A stretch of 46,264 nt of DNA from an uncultured Candidatus Saccharibacteria bacterium (GTDB lineage Bacteria > Patescibacteriota > WWE3 > UBA101185 > UBA10185). The DNA is taken from NCBI GenBank assembly GCA_964605725.1, contig CAZSDQ010000003.1, positions 1 through 46,264 on the forward strand, written 5' to 3'. Both the position numbers and the translations under genes were made by a program. Below the pieces are notes generated by a model that saw only the letters and a list, made by a program, of their open reading frames with translations, was not told the DNA's origin and made no database searches. Positions within the stretch are counted from its first letter, which is position 1, and every line of letters begins with the position of its first letter. Below, piece by piece: positions 1 to 10,180 of this stretch.

Positions 1-131
1 TTTTTCTAAATATGTAATTATGGGTGCAATTAAGCTGGTCATACAACCCATAAATTCTACATCACAGAGGGTATCTACACAAATTATTTAAGAATTTTAA
101 AGAGGGTGTTTTTTCCCAAGACTCAATAATT

Positions 132-764
132 TTAATTTTTATATCTTCTAACTATTCCTGTTACAACTCCCTGAATTTTAACCTGATTTGCTTCAACAAT
201 AATTGGCTCCATTTCATCATTTGCAGGTTGAAGCCTTATTTTATCGTCTTTTTCTTTGTAGAATTTCTTTAGGGTAGCAAAACCTTCGTCTATCAACGCA
301 ACTACAATTTGACCGTTTTCAGCTGTTTCTTGTTGTTTTAAAACGACGTAATCCCCATCCATAATACCTTCGTCTATCATAGATGATCCTTTTACCTGAA
401 GAACAAAACATCTCTTGCTTTTTGAAACCATATCGGGGGAAACCATTACTGTGGTAATTTCGTTTTCAATAGCTTCTATAGGCTCTCCTGCTGCAATATA
501 ACCAATTAAAGGAAGTTCTATAGCCGAGAGACTTGCATTTACCGAATTATCTACTACCTCTATGCCTCTTACTGCCCCATCGTATCTTTTTATAATATTT
601 TTCTTTTCTAAAGCTTGAAGATGTTCATGAACCGTAGCTAACGATGACAATCCCATGGCATCCGCAATTTCCTGGAGAGTGGGGGAATAGCCATTAACTT
701 GAATATACTGTGAGATAAAATCTAAAATTTGTTTCTGCTTTTTATAAATAGTTACGGGACTCAT
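132..764 (-). CDS. lexA: SOS repressor LexA
   Basis: N-terminal winged HTH (YSPTLQEIADAMGLSSLATVHEHL), Ala-Gly cleavage site (IAAGEP), S24 peptidase Ser (GSSMI) and Lys (TLKK). Confidence 0.97.
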   Translation of the reverse strand: MSPVTIYKKQKQILDFISQYIQVNGYSPTLQEIADAMGLSSLATVHEHLQALEKKNIIKRYDGAVRGIEVVDNSVNASLSAIELPLIGYIAAGEPIEAIENEITTVMVSPDMVSKSKRCFVLQVKGSSMIDEGIMDGDYVVLKQQETAENGQIVVALIDEGFATLKKFYKEKDDKIRLQPANDEMEPIIVEANQVKIQGVVTGIVRRYKN

Positions 765-808
765 TTTAATCCTTTTAAAAAATAACTACGGTTTTTCTTC
801 GTATTTTT

Positions 809-838
809 ATAATACCGAATAATAACCGAAGATGTCAA
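809..838 (-). promoter_or_regulatory. Sigma70-type promoter of lexA with a direct repeat in its spacer (candidate operator)
   Basis: Minus strand TTGACA-N18-TATTAT; the spacer contains TTCGG-N6-TTCGG (forward CCGAA at 815-819 and 826-830). Confidence 0.55.
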
Positions 839-863
839 GTGCTTTTTATGATATTATCATTCT

Positions 864-2930
864 ATGTTTAAACTCGTATCTCCGTTTAAACCTACGGGCG
901 ACCAACCCCAGGCGATAGAAAAATTAACTGAAAATATTCAATCTGGTACTAAGGATCAGGTATTGTTGGGAGTAACCGGTTCCGGGAAGACGTTTGTAAT
1001 GGCAAATGTTATAAAGAATTTGAATAAACCTGCTTTGATAATTTCCCACAATAAAACCCTAGCCGCCCAGCTTTATCAAGAATTTAGAGACTTTTTTCCT
1101 GAAAATGCAGTTGAATATTTTGTTAGCTACTATGATTACTATCAGCCCGAAAGTTATATTCCTTCCACAGATACTTACATAGAAAAGGATTCTGCAATAA
1201 ATGAAAAAATCGATAAACTTCGACTTTCTGCGACCACTTCTTTAATGACCAGGAAAGATGTTATCGTTGTTTCTTCAGTTTCATGTATTTATAACTTAGG
1301 TTCTCCTGTTGAATACGGAAAAGTTGCTATTGAATTAAGGCTTGGGATGAAAATTAGGAAAACAGATCTTTTAAAAAGATTGGGTCAAACCTATTATGAG
1401 CGTTCTGATTATGATTTTAAAAGAGGTACTTATAGGGTAGTCGGTGAGGTAATAGATGTTTATCCTGCTTATCAGGATTTCGGGTTAAGGTTAGAAATTT
1501 TTAACGATATTTTAGTTAAAATTACACATTTTGATCCATTGACAGGAGATTCTATTAAAAAAGATGAAACTCCTTATGAGAAGTACGGTACCGGATCTAA
1601 TACTCCAAAAGAAAACGTAGAAAAATATGTTAAAGAAAGAGATTTAAGAGAGGATTTTGCCGTTATTTTTCCAGCAAAACACTATGTGACTACAGAAGAA
1701 ACAAGGGAACAAGCATTTGCACAAATTGAGAGCGACTTAGATAAACGTCTCTTTGAGTTAAGAAAGGAGAACAAAATAGTTCAAGCTTACAGACTTGAAC
1801 AGCGAACCAGATACGACTTGGAGATGATGAGGGAGATAGGTTATTGTAAAGGAATTGAAAACTATTCCAGATATTTTGATGGGAGAAATCCTGGTGACGC
1901 ACCTTATTCTTTAATGGAGTACTTTCCGAAAGATTTTATTACCATTATTGATGAGTCACACATGAGTGTTCCGCAAATACGAGGGATGTTCAACGGAGAC
2001 AGATCAAGAAAACAAACTTTAATAGATTATGGTTTTAGGCTCCCTTCATCTTTAGACAACCGACCTCTTAATTTTGATGAATTTATGAAAAGAAGAGGGA
2101 GCACCGTTTATGTAAGTGCAACACCCGACAGCTGGGAGCTTGATCAATCTAAAAAAACTGTAGTAGAACTTTTGTTAAGACCTACAGGTATCACGGACCC
2201 GGAAATTACTATTGTTCCCACAAAGGGGCAGGTAAACGATTTACTTTTGAGAATTCAGAAAAAGGTATCTGAAGGTCAGCGAGTTTTAGTTACTACATTA
2301 ACAAAAAGAATGGCGGAAGACCTATCCTCATTTTTTGCTGAGAAAAAAGTGAAGGTGACTTATTTGCATTCTGATGTTGATACTTTGGAAAGAACCGATA
2401 TTTTGGATGATCTTAGAAAAGGTGAGTACGATGTTTTAGTGGGAATAAATTTACTTAGGGAAGGTTTGGATTTACCTGAAGTTGGTTTAGTAGCAATTTT
2501 AGATGCTGACAAGGAGGGCTTTTTACGATCTGAAACTTCTTTGATACAAACTATGGGGAGGGCGGCAAGGCACGTTCAAGGAGAGGTTGTGATGTATGCT
2601 GATAATATCACTGGCAGTATGAAGAGAGCAATTTTAGAAGTTGAAAGGAGACGAAACATTCAAATTGAATACAATAGAGAGCACAATATCTCTCCTAAAC
2701 AGATTGTAAAACCATTTAGAGAAAAACTTATAGATGAGATTATTGAAGAACAGATTGGTGGAAAGAAGGAAGATTGGCAGGAAATAGATTATAAACAACT
2801 ACCTCCCACAGAGTTGAAAAAAGAAATTAAGAAGCTTGAAGATATGATGAGGTACGAGGCCGAAGTATTGAATTTTGAAAAGGCTGCGTCTCTTCGAGAT
2901 AAGATAAGGGAAATTAAGAAATCTATTTGA
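864..2930 (+). CDS. uvrB: Excinuclease ABC subunit B
   Basis: Walker A GVTGSGKT, beta-hairpin YYDYYQPE, DESH box, GRAAR motif VI, C-terminal UVR coil (FEKAASLRD). Confidence 0.98.
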   Translation: MFKLVSPFKPTGDQPQAIEKLTENIQSGTKDQVLLGVTGSGKTFVMANVIKNLNKPALIISHNKTLAAQLYQEFRDFFPENAVEYFVSYYDYYQPESYIPSTDTYIEKDSAINEKIDKLRLSATTSLMTRKDVIVVSSVSCIYNLGSPVEYGKVAIELRLGMKIRKTDLLKRLGQTYYERSDYDFKRGTYRVVGEVIDVYPAYQDFGLRLEIFNDILVKITHFDPLTGDSIKKDETPYEKYGTGSNTPKENVEKYVKERDLREDFAVIFPAKHYVTTEETREQAFAQIESDLDKRLFELRKENKIVQAYRLEQRTRYDLEMMREIGYCKGIENYSRYFDGRNPGDAPYSLMEYFPKDFITIIDESHMSVPQIRGMFNGDRSRKQTLIDYGFRLPSSLDNRPLNFDEFMKRRGSTVYVSATPDSWELDQSKKTVVELLLRPTGITDPEITIVPTKGQVNDLLLRIQKKVSEGQRVLVTTLTKRMAEDLSSFFAEKKVKVTYLHSDVDTLERTDILDDLRKGEYDVLVGINLLREGLDLPEVGLVAILDADKEGFLRSETSLIQTMGRAARHVQGEVVMYADNITGSMKRAILEVERRRNIQIEYNREHNISPKQIVKPFREKLIDEIIEEQIGGKKEDWQEIDYKQLPPTELKKEIKKLEDMMRYEAEVLNFEKAASLRDKIREIKKSI

Positions 2931-2999
2931 TTTTAAGTCTTATAGGTAGAGAAAATTCGAATTATTATTCACATATTTGCTAACGTCGGTTATATATTA

Positions 3000-3028
3000 T
3001 TGACTGCCTATATTTTTAATAATATATT
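3000..3028 (+). promoter_or_regulatory. Sigma70-type promoter upstream of the PBP gene
   Basis: TTGACT-N17-TATATT. Confidence 0.55.
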
Positions 3029-3056
3029 GGCATTAACTCCACCCGTATAAATAATT

Positions 3057-5324
3057 ATGCAATACCTGAATAAATTTTTAGAATTTGTTGAATTTACAGG
3101 AAATTCTATACTTTATGTTTTAAAATTACTTTTAGCACTATTAAAAAATATTTTTTCCTCTTTATTTATTAGAAGTAAAAAAGTTCCAAAAGAATATCAG
3201 GATAAACATAAAAAACCTCGGCTCTTTACATTTTTTGTTTTTATAAAAGACACAATAATATCGGTAATCTTTTGGATATTCAGATTGATTAAAGATATAG
3301 TCCTTTTTCCAAAAAAAATATTTACCTACCTTTTTTTAAGAAAGTCTTTTCTGTCTGGAATTTTATTTGCAATTTTTTTTATTTTCTTACCAATTACCAT
3401 TATTAGATGGTTTAAAGAATTACCCTCTCCGGAATCTTTGGTAATTGAGGCAAACAAAAAATCGACTGTAATTTTGGATAGAAATGGAAAACTAATGTAC
3501 GAGATTTACGTTGATAAAAATTATCACCCTGTAAATTTTGAAGAGATTCCTGAGTATGTTAAAAACGCTACATTAGCAGTTGAAGATGATAAATTTTACA
3601 GCCATTTTGGTATACGTTTTGATAGTGTAATCAGGGCAATTAAAAATAATTTATCAAAAGAGAATGGTTTACAAGGTGGTTCTACGATAACCCAACAGTT
3701 AGTGAAAAATGTACTTCTCACTCCTGAAAGAACTTTTTCCAGAAAGATTAAGGAGGCCGTTTTGGCTGTTTTGGTTGAAGCAAGATATTCAAAAAAAGAT
3801 ATATTTGAAATGTATTTGAACAACATTCCTTACGGCGGAACAGCGTGGGGAGTACAAACCGCCTCCAAAAAATATTTTAATAAAGATGTGTGGGAATTAT
3901 CCTTAGCAGAAGCTTCTTTGCTCGCAGGACTTCCTACCGCACCCACAAGTTACTCACCTGCCACAGACCTTGAAACTGCAAAATCAAGACAGAGGTTTGT
4001 TTTGGAGAGAATGCTTAATTTAGGATACATAAATAAAGAAGAGTTTAACAAAGCTATCTCCGAAGAACTAGTTTTTGCTGATACCGATGGATATATCCGG
4101 GCACCCCATTTTGTTGATTATATTAGAAAAGATTTAGAAAAAAGATATGGAAGAAGATATGTAGAGTTCGGCGGTCTTACTGTGACCACTACTTTGGATC
4201 TCGATATTCAAGATAAAGTTCAGTCGATAGTAACTGAAGAAGTAAATAAAAATTCATATTTAGGATTCTCTAACGGTGCTTCCGTAGTTATGGATGTTAA
4301 AAATGCGGAGGTTTTGGCGTATGTTGGTTCTATAGATTATTTTAAAGAAGGTTGGGGAGCTTATGATGTAGTTACTGCAATGAGACAACCAGGTTCTTCA
4401 ATAAAACCTGTAACTTACGGATTAGCTTTATCAGGTAGTTTTACTCCAGCTTCAATTATCGATGACTCTCCAGTTACATATAAATTTAAAGGATCTAAAG
4501 ATTACACTCCGGTTAATTATGATGGACAGTATCACGGAAAAGTTACGTTAAGACAAGCTTTAGCAAATTCATACAATATTCCTGCTGTAAAAGTAGCCAA
4601 TGTTGTTGGGGTTGATAATATTGTTTTAAAAGGAAGGGAGATGGGTCTTACCAATTGGGAGGTAGACGGATCTTACGGACTTTCGATAACGCTCGGGGGA
4701 AAGGAAGTGAGATTGTTAGACCATACGAATGTTTATGCAACTTTAGCTCGTCAAGGTGTTTATAAAGAACCGGAGGTCTACATAAGTATAAAAGATTCTA
4801 ATGGATATGATATCTACGAAAATGAAAATACTAAAAAAACAGTATTATCTCCCGAAGTTTCTTATTTATTGTGGGATATTTTATCTGATCAAAACGCCCG
4901 ACTCCCGGCTTTCGGTGTTAATAATTTCCTTTCAATTCCCGGACATAAGATTGCTGTAAAAACAGGCACAACCAATAACATTAAAGATAACTGGACATTA
5001 GGTTACACCCCGTCTTATGTAGTGGGAGTTTGGGTAGGTAATAATGACGGTACTCCGATGAGGCAAGGTTTGGCCTCCGGTCTTTCAGGAGCTGCTCCGA
5101 TTTGGAATAAGATAATGACAGAAATGTTAAAAGAAAAGCCAAATGAATTATATGAAAGACCTGCTAATGTGTTTGTAAAAAAAGATGACAGGTGTGGAAT
5201 TTCGGAAGTATTTATTAAAGGGACTATGATTCCTAGCAGTCTCTGTCCGGAGAAAGAGAAGGAGAAAGAGAAGGAAAATGATAAGGATGGAGGAAAGAAT
5301 AAGAAAGATAGAGATCGGGACTAA
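3057..5324 (+). CDS. Class A bifunctional penicillin-binding protein (GT51 transglycosylase plus transpeptidase, PBP1A family)
   Basis: GT51 motifs EDDKFYSHFG, GGSTITQQLVKN, RKIKE; transpeptidase motifs SxxK (GSSIKP), SxN (SYN), KTG; N-terminal membrane anchor; KE-rich tail. Confidence 0.95.
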   Translation: MQYLNKFLEFVEFTGNSILYVLKLLLALLKNIFSSLFIRSKKVPKEYQDKHKKPRLFTFFVFIKDTIISVIFWIFRLIKDIVLFPKKIFTYLFLRKSFLSGILFAIFFIFLPITIIRWFKELPSPESLVIEANKKSTVILDRNGKLMYEIYVDKNYHPVNFEEIPEYVKNATLAVEDDKFYSHFGIRFDSVIRAIKNNLSKENGLQGGSTITQQLVKNVLLTPERTFSRKIKEAVLAVLVEARYSKKDIFEMYLNNIPYGGTAWGVQTASKKYFNKDVWELSLAEASLLAGLPTAPTSYSPATDLETAKSRQRFVLERMLNLGYINKEEFNKAISEELVFADTDGYIRAPHFVDYIRKDLEKRYGRRYVEFGGLTVTTTLDLDIQDKVQSIVTEEVNKNSYLGFSNGASVVMDVKNAEVLAYVGSIDYFKEGWGAYDVVTAMRQPGSSIKPVTYGLALSGSFTPASIIDDSPVTYKFKGSKDYTPVNYDGQYHGKVTLRQALANSYNIPAVKVANVVGVDNIVLKGREMGLTNWEVDGSYGLSITLGGKEVRLLDHTNVYATLARQGVYKEPEVYISIKDSNGYDIYENENTKKTVLSPEVSYLLWDILSDQNARLPAFGVNNFLSIPGHKIAVKTGTTNNIKDNWTLGYTPSYVVGVWVGNNDGTPMRQGLASGLSGAAPIWNKIMTEMLKEKPNELYERPANVFVKKDDRCGISEVFIKGTMIPSSLCPEKEKEKEKENDKDGGKNKKDRDRD

Positions 5325-5422
5325 ACTGATTTTCAAGTATTTTAAAATTATATTAGTAAATTTTTAAACCCAAATAAAACCCGTAGACATAAACTACCTT
5401 TATCTTGTACAATGTTTACGTT

Positions 5423-8422
5423 ATGAAAGATTCAATTTCACACATTCTAGTTAGAGGTGCCCGTCAACATAATCTAAAAAATGTTGATTTAGATATCCCT
5501 AAAAATAAAATGGTTATTTTTACAGGTGTTTCCGGATCAGGAAAATCCTCTTTGGCAATGGATACTATTTACGCTGAAGGTCAGAGAAGATATGTGGAGA
5601 GTCTGTCCGCGTATGCCAGACAGTTTTTAGGAGTTATGGATAAACCTGATGTAGATAAAATTGAAGGTTTATCTCCCGCTATTGCCATAGATCAAAAAAC
5701 AACAAGTAAAAATCCCAGATCTACTGTTGGAACCATAACCGAGGTTTACGATTTTTTAAGACTTTTATACGCAAGAGTGGGACACCCACACTGTCCGGAA
5801 TGCGGAAGAGAAATAGAACGCCAATCTTCTCAAGAAATTGTTCAAAATATATTTGAAATTATTAAAAACGAACCTGAATTTAAAAGTGAAAGAGGAGTTC
5901 GTTTCATAATATTTTCACCTGTGGTAAAAGACAGGAAAGGAGAGTTTTCATCTTTATTTGAAAATCTAAAGAAACAGGCAGTTCTAAGAGCAAGAGTCGA
6001 TGGAACAATCAGAGAACTTTCTGACGATTTTAATTTAATAAAAACTAATAAACACAGTATAGACGCACTTATATCCAGACACACTATTAATCAGAAAAAG
6101 ATTAGAAATGAAGAAGATAGGAAAGAAATTGAATCCGAAATATATCAGTCTGTAGAAACTGCCTTAAGAATTAGTTCAGGAAATGCTGTTTTAACAATAG
6201 TAAAAGATGAATCTTTTGATTTTTCTCAAAACCCAAAGAAATTTGAGGACCATCTATTTTCTGAAAATTTCGCTTGTCCTGTTTGTAATATATCATTACC
6301 GGAGCTAGAGCCTAGAACTTTTTCATTTAACACTCCTTACGGAGCTTGTCCTGCCTGCGACGGTATAGGGAGTCAATTAAAAGTTGATCCTGATTTAGTT
6401 ATAAACCCAAGATTGTCAATATCAGAAGGTGGTGTTCTACCTTGGACGAGACTTTTTGAACACATTTCCTGGACATCAAAAGTTGTTAAATCAGTAGCAG
6501 ATTACTACGATTTTTCAGTTGATACACCTATTGGGGAGTTAAGTAAGGAAGCGAGAGATATATTATTTTACGGCGCAGATGGTAAGAAATTTAAAGTAAC
6601 TTACAGCAGTCAGGAAGGTTCAAAGAGAACATTTGACGCAAATTACGAGGGAATTATTCCTAATTTATCAAGAAGATACAGAGAATCGGAGTCAGATTTT
6701 GTAAAGAACGAAATTGAAAAATACATGGTTAAAGAAAAATGCCCAGTTTGTTTAGGAGCAAGATTAAGAAAAGAGTCCTTATCAGTTACTTTAGGGAAGA
6801 AAAATATTGACGAGATAGTACAAATGCCGGTGAATAAACTTCAGGATTGGTTTAAAGACTTATCGGATAAACTAAATTCCCGAGAAAAAGATATTTCATC
6901 GACGATATTAAAAGAAATTAACTACAGATTAAAATTTTTAGTTGATGTCGGGCTCGGGTATTTAACTTTAGGAAGAGCGTCGGCAGAATTATCGGGAGGC
7001 GAAGCACAAAGAATAAGATTAGCTTCACAGATAGGTTCGGGCCTAAGTGGTGTTCTCTATGTTTTAGACGAACCTTCCTTAGGATTACATCAAGTTGACC
7101 AGGGAAAGTTAATTAAAACCCTTAAACAGTTAAGAGATCTTGGAAATACAGTACTTGTTGTTGAGCACGATGCAGAGACAATTTTGGAAAGTGATTATGT
7201 TTTTGACTTTGGTCCCGGAGCGGGGGAACACGGTGGCAAGGTAGTTTCAGAGGGAACACCGGATCAAATTAAAAAAGATAAAAATTCACTTACTGGAAGG
7301 TACCTATCAGGAGATTTAATTGTTGGTAAGAATCCTATTAAAGGTAAAAGAACGTTTGAGGATATTTTGGAAGAAGAATCAAGAAGCAAATTAAATAAAA
7401 AAGTTGAGGGTAAGAGTTTAATGTTAAAAGGAGCGAAAGGAAGAAATCTTAAAAATATTGATTTAAATATTCCACTCGGTAAGTTTATATGCGTAACCGG
7501 AGTTTCAGGTTCTGGTAAGTCTACTTTGATAATGGACACTTTGTATCAAGGATTACGACAAGAATTTGGTTTGAAAATTGAAGAAAAGCCGGAGCCCTTT
7601 GAGTATATAAAAGGTGTTGAAAATATTTCTAATGTTATTGCTATAGACCAGAGTCCAATTGGGAGAACCCCAAAATCCAATCCGGCCACGTATACAAAAG
7701 TTTTTGATCATATTAGAGATTTGTATGCCCAAACTCAGGAAGCAAAAATCAGAGGATACAATCAGGGAAGATTTAGTTTTAATGTTAAAGGCGGGAGGTG
7801 TGAAGCCTGTGGAGGTGAGGGACAGATAAAAATTGAAATGCAGTTTATGCCTGACGTCTACGTTAGATGCGACGTTTGTAAGGGCAAGAGATACAATTCC
7901 GAGGCTTTAGAGATAGAATATAAAGGGAAAAATATATCAGATGTTTTGAATATGACCGTTGAAGAGGCAGTGTCATTTTTTGAAAATTTACCGCAAATCA
8001 GACGTAAGTTAGAAACTCTGTATGACGTGGGTCTTGGATATATTAAACTTGGACAGCCCGCAACTACGTTGTCAGGAGGGGAAGCGCAGAGAGTTAAACT
8101 TGCACTTGAGTTATCAAAACGTTCCACCGGAAGCACGCTATATATTTTAGATGAGCCAACCACCGGGCTTCATTTTGCTGACCTTGAGAATCTCATTTCC
8201 ATATGTAAACGTTTAACCGCCCGAGGTAACACCGTTCTTATGATTGAACATAATTTAGATATGATAAAAAACTGTGATTGGGTTATAGACTTAGGTCCGG
8301 AAGGAGGAGATAGTGGGGGAGAGATACTGTTCGAGGGAAACCTCGAGGGCATTAAGAAATGTAAAAAATCTTATACCGCTGACTCACTCAGATTGATTGA
8401 TAAGTATTACAAATCGAATTAG
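5423..8422 (+). CDS. uvrA: Excinuclease ABC subunit A
   Basis: Two ABC ATPase modules (GVSGSGKS twice, LSGGEAQR twice), CxxC zinc fingers. ATG at 5423 preferred over the track's TTG at 5405 because homology begins at ILVRGARQHNLKN. Confidence 0.98.
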   Translation: MKDSISHILVRGARQHNLKNVDLDIPKNKMVIFTGVSGSGKSSLAMDTIYAEGQRRYVESLSAYARQFLGVMDKPDVDKIEGLSPAIAIDQKTTSKNPRSTVGTITEVYDFLRLLYARVGHPHCPECGREIERQSSQEIVQNIFEIIKNEPEFKSERGVRFIIFSPVVKDRKGEFSSLFENLKKQAVLRARVDGTIRELSDDFNLIKTNKHSIDALISRHTINQKKIRNEEDRKEIESEIYQSVETALRISSGNAVLTIVKDESFDFSQNPKKFEDHLFSENFACPVCNISLPELEPRTFSFNTPYGACPACDGIGSQLKVDPDLVINPRLSISEGGVLPWTRLFEHISWTSKVVKSVADYYDFSVDTPIGELSKEARDILFYGADGKKFKVTYSSQEGSKRTFDANYEGIIPNLSRRYRESESDFVKNEIEKYMVKEKCPVCLGARLRKESLSVTLGKKNIDEIVQMPVNKLQDWFKDLSDKLNSREKDISSTILKEINYRLKFLVDVGLGYLTLGRASAELSGGEAQRIRLASQIGSGLSGVLYVLDEPSLGLHQVDQGKLIKTLKQLRDLGNTVLVVEHDAETILESDYVFDFGPGAGEHGGKVVSEGTPDQIKKDKNSLTGRYLSGDLIVGKNPIKGKRTFEDILEEESRSKLNKKVEGKSLMLKGAKGRNLKNIDLNIPLGKFICVTGVSGSGKSTLIMDTLYQGLRQEFGLKIEEKPEPFEYIKGVENISNVIAIDQSPIGRTPKSNPATYTKVFDHIRDLYAQTQEAKIRGYNQGRFSFNVKGGRCEACGGEGQIKIEMQFMPDVYVRCDVCKGKRYNSEALEIEYKGKNISDVLNMTVEEAVSFFENLPQIRRKLETLYDVGLGYIKLGQPATTLSGGEAQRVKLALELSKRSTGSTLYILDEPTTGLHFADLENLISICKRLTARGNTVLMIEHNLDMIKNCDWVIDLGPEGGDSGGEILFEGNLEGIKKCKKSYTADSLRLIDKYYKSN

Positions 8423-8423
8423 T

Positions 8424-10157
8424 TTACTTTTCAATTTCAGTTTCAAATTCGTTTCCTATGAAATCTTTGAAGACTACCCTATCGTTTTCTTTTTTAATGT
8501 TGGTATATCTCTTTTCTCGGGGAAGAATATTTAAACCGTTTATGTCATATGCAGTTACTTTTCCAGTATTTTCTAGCTTTATTCTACTTTTCCCAGATAA
8601 TATTACGAGTGGGTTAAGATTAAGAACCTTATTAGCTTTTACTGATGGCTTAAAATTTTCATCAGAGCTTGTCTGAGATAAGGCCGTTTCTATTAACTTT
8701 TCATTGTCAGAATATCTATATGTACCTGCTGAGAATGGGTGTTCAGAACTTATTCCTTTTCTAACAAAAGCAAAATGATTAGTATCTAATTTTGAAAAAT
8801 AATCTAGTCCCGATGTAGTACCCCATGTAGGATCAACTTGAACCCAGCCATTGTATGGATCGTAGAATTCAGCCCATGAGTGCAATGTATCCCCACTTTC
8901 CAAACTGATTGAGATCGGTTTATTAGATTCTTCGGATGTGAAAGCATACCCATTAATTTCTCTGGCGGGTATTCCCATTGCTCTTGTCACAGCTATAAAA
9001 AGATCAGTAAACTCCATACAGGTCCATGAATTTTTTTGGGATGCCGCTGCTTCGGCACCTTTTCTTTCAACCATACCTTTACTCTGTGCATCAAAATCAT
9101 ACTTTAAATTATTTTTTATAAATTCATATACCATTTTTGCGTTATAAACTACAGTTTGATCATCTTTTTTAAGTTCCCTTGCAATTTTTAAAATATAAGG
9201 TGATTTGGTTTCCCAATATTTTTGCTGTCTTGTGTAATTTTTTATAAGGACTTTAGGAATTTCAGATATTATTCCTCCCGAGTTTACATTAATCTGTTTA
9301 CTTAAAATTCTTGATGTTCCTTGTACCTCAATTTCTGTTTTTTGCTTTGGTTTTAGTATGTAATAAGCAACAAAATTATTATCTTCATCGTATTCTATTT
9401 TAAAAGGTCTTGGACTTATTTTATCGTAGCTGACGTTTTGGTAGTGCTCGATATCAGAAGGTATAGCTATTTTCTTAATCGCCGGAAGTATTGAGTCATT
9501 TTGAATTTGGTATTTTATTTTAAAGTTAACAGGCTGAAAACCTCCGAAGGCGGCACTGATGCCGGTTGATTCGAAGGTATTTTTAGTAAAATAAAATATG
9601 TTCTTACCATCCTCTTTTTTTTCGATTGTCGGTTCTGGAGTCAAAAATACTTTCGGTCCAAAAGATTCCGGAACTGACAATTTAACATCGTAAGCTGTCG
9701 TCTCATCAGGTATTTGAATTTTTGGAATGTAGATATTCCAAATACTGCCTGATTTTACTGCTACACTTTTTGATTTATATTTTATGGTAATTGTATTCTG
9801 TCTTCCTTCTCCGATTGAGTAATCTTTAATGGTTACAGTTATGTCAGTGTTATTTTTATTATTATTTAATTTAGGCTCTGTTTCTTTCCCATTGGTTTCA
9901 GCGGATACTTCGTATATATTTGAATCCATTGCTGATAATGAGTAATTCATTGGTATGACATCGTTTTGTAAGTTTGTTATTGTCGCGTTATGGATAATAT
10001 TTGCTTCCCCTGACTCATCAATAATATACTCAGATTTATAGTCAATCATAAACTGACTTGCTTCGACTTTAAAAATTACACCGGATGTAATAAAAATGTT
10101 GGTGAGTATAAAAACCGAAACTAGTGTTCTAACTATGTTTTTAAAACAAGTATTCAT
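8424..10157 (-). CDS. Secreted transglutaminase-like (papain-fold Cys-His-Asp) protein
   Basis: WTCMEFTDLFIAVTRAMGIPAR (Cys), HSWAEFY (His), WVQVDPTWG (Asp); signal-peptide-like N-terminus from ATG 10157. Confidence 0.85.
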   Translation of the reverse strand: MNTCFKNIVRTLVSVFILTNIFITSGVIFKVEASQFMIDYKSEYIIDESGEANIIHNATITNLQNDVIPMNYSLSAMDSNIYEVSAETNGKETEPKLNNNKNNTDITVTIKDYSIGEGRQNTITIKYKSKSVAVKSGSIWNIYIPKIQIPDETTAYDVKLSVPESFGPKVFLTPEPTIEKKEDGKNIFYFTKNTFESTGISAAFGGFQPVNFKIKYQIQNDSILPAIKKIAIPSDIEHYQNVSYDKISPRPFKIEYDEDNNFVAYYILKPKQKTEIEVQGTSRILSKQINVNSGGIISEIPKVLIKNYTRQQKYWETKSPYILKIARELKKDDQTVVYNAKMVYEFIKNNLKYDFDAQSKGMVERKGAEAAASQKNSWTCMEFTDLFIAVTRAMGIPAREINGYAFTSEESNKPISISLESGDTLHSWAEFYDPYNGWVQVDPTWGTTSGLDYFSKLDTNHFAFVRKGISSEHPFSAGTYRYSDNEKLIETALSQTSSDENFKPSVKANKVLNLNPLVILSGKSRIKLENTGKVTAYDINGLNILPREKRYTNIKKENDRVVFKDFIGNEFETEIEK

Positions 10158-10180
10158 CCTCCAAATGCTACAATAACTAT

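Noticed and set aside
18-53. Inverted repeat TTATGGGT/ACCCATAA downstream of lexA
   Set aside because: The 20-nt loop and the window edge prevent interpretation; possibly a terminator but not supportable.
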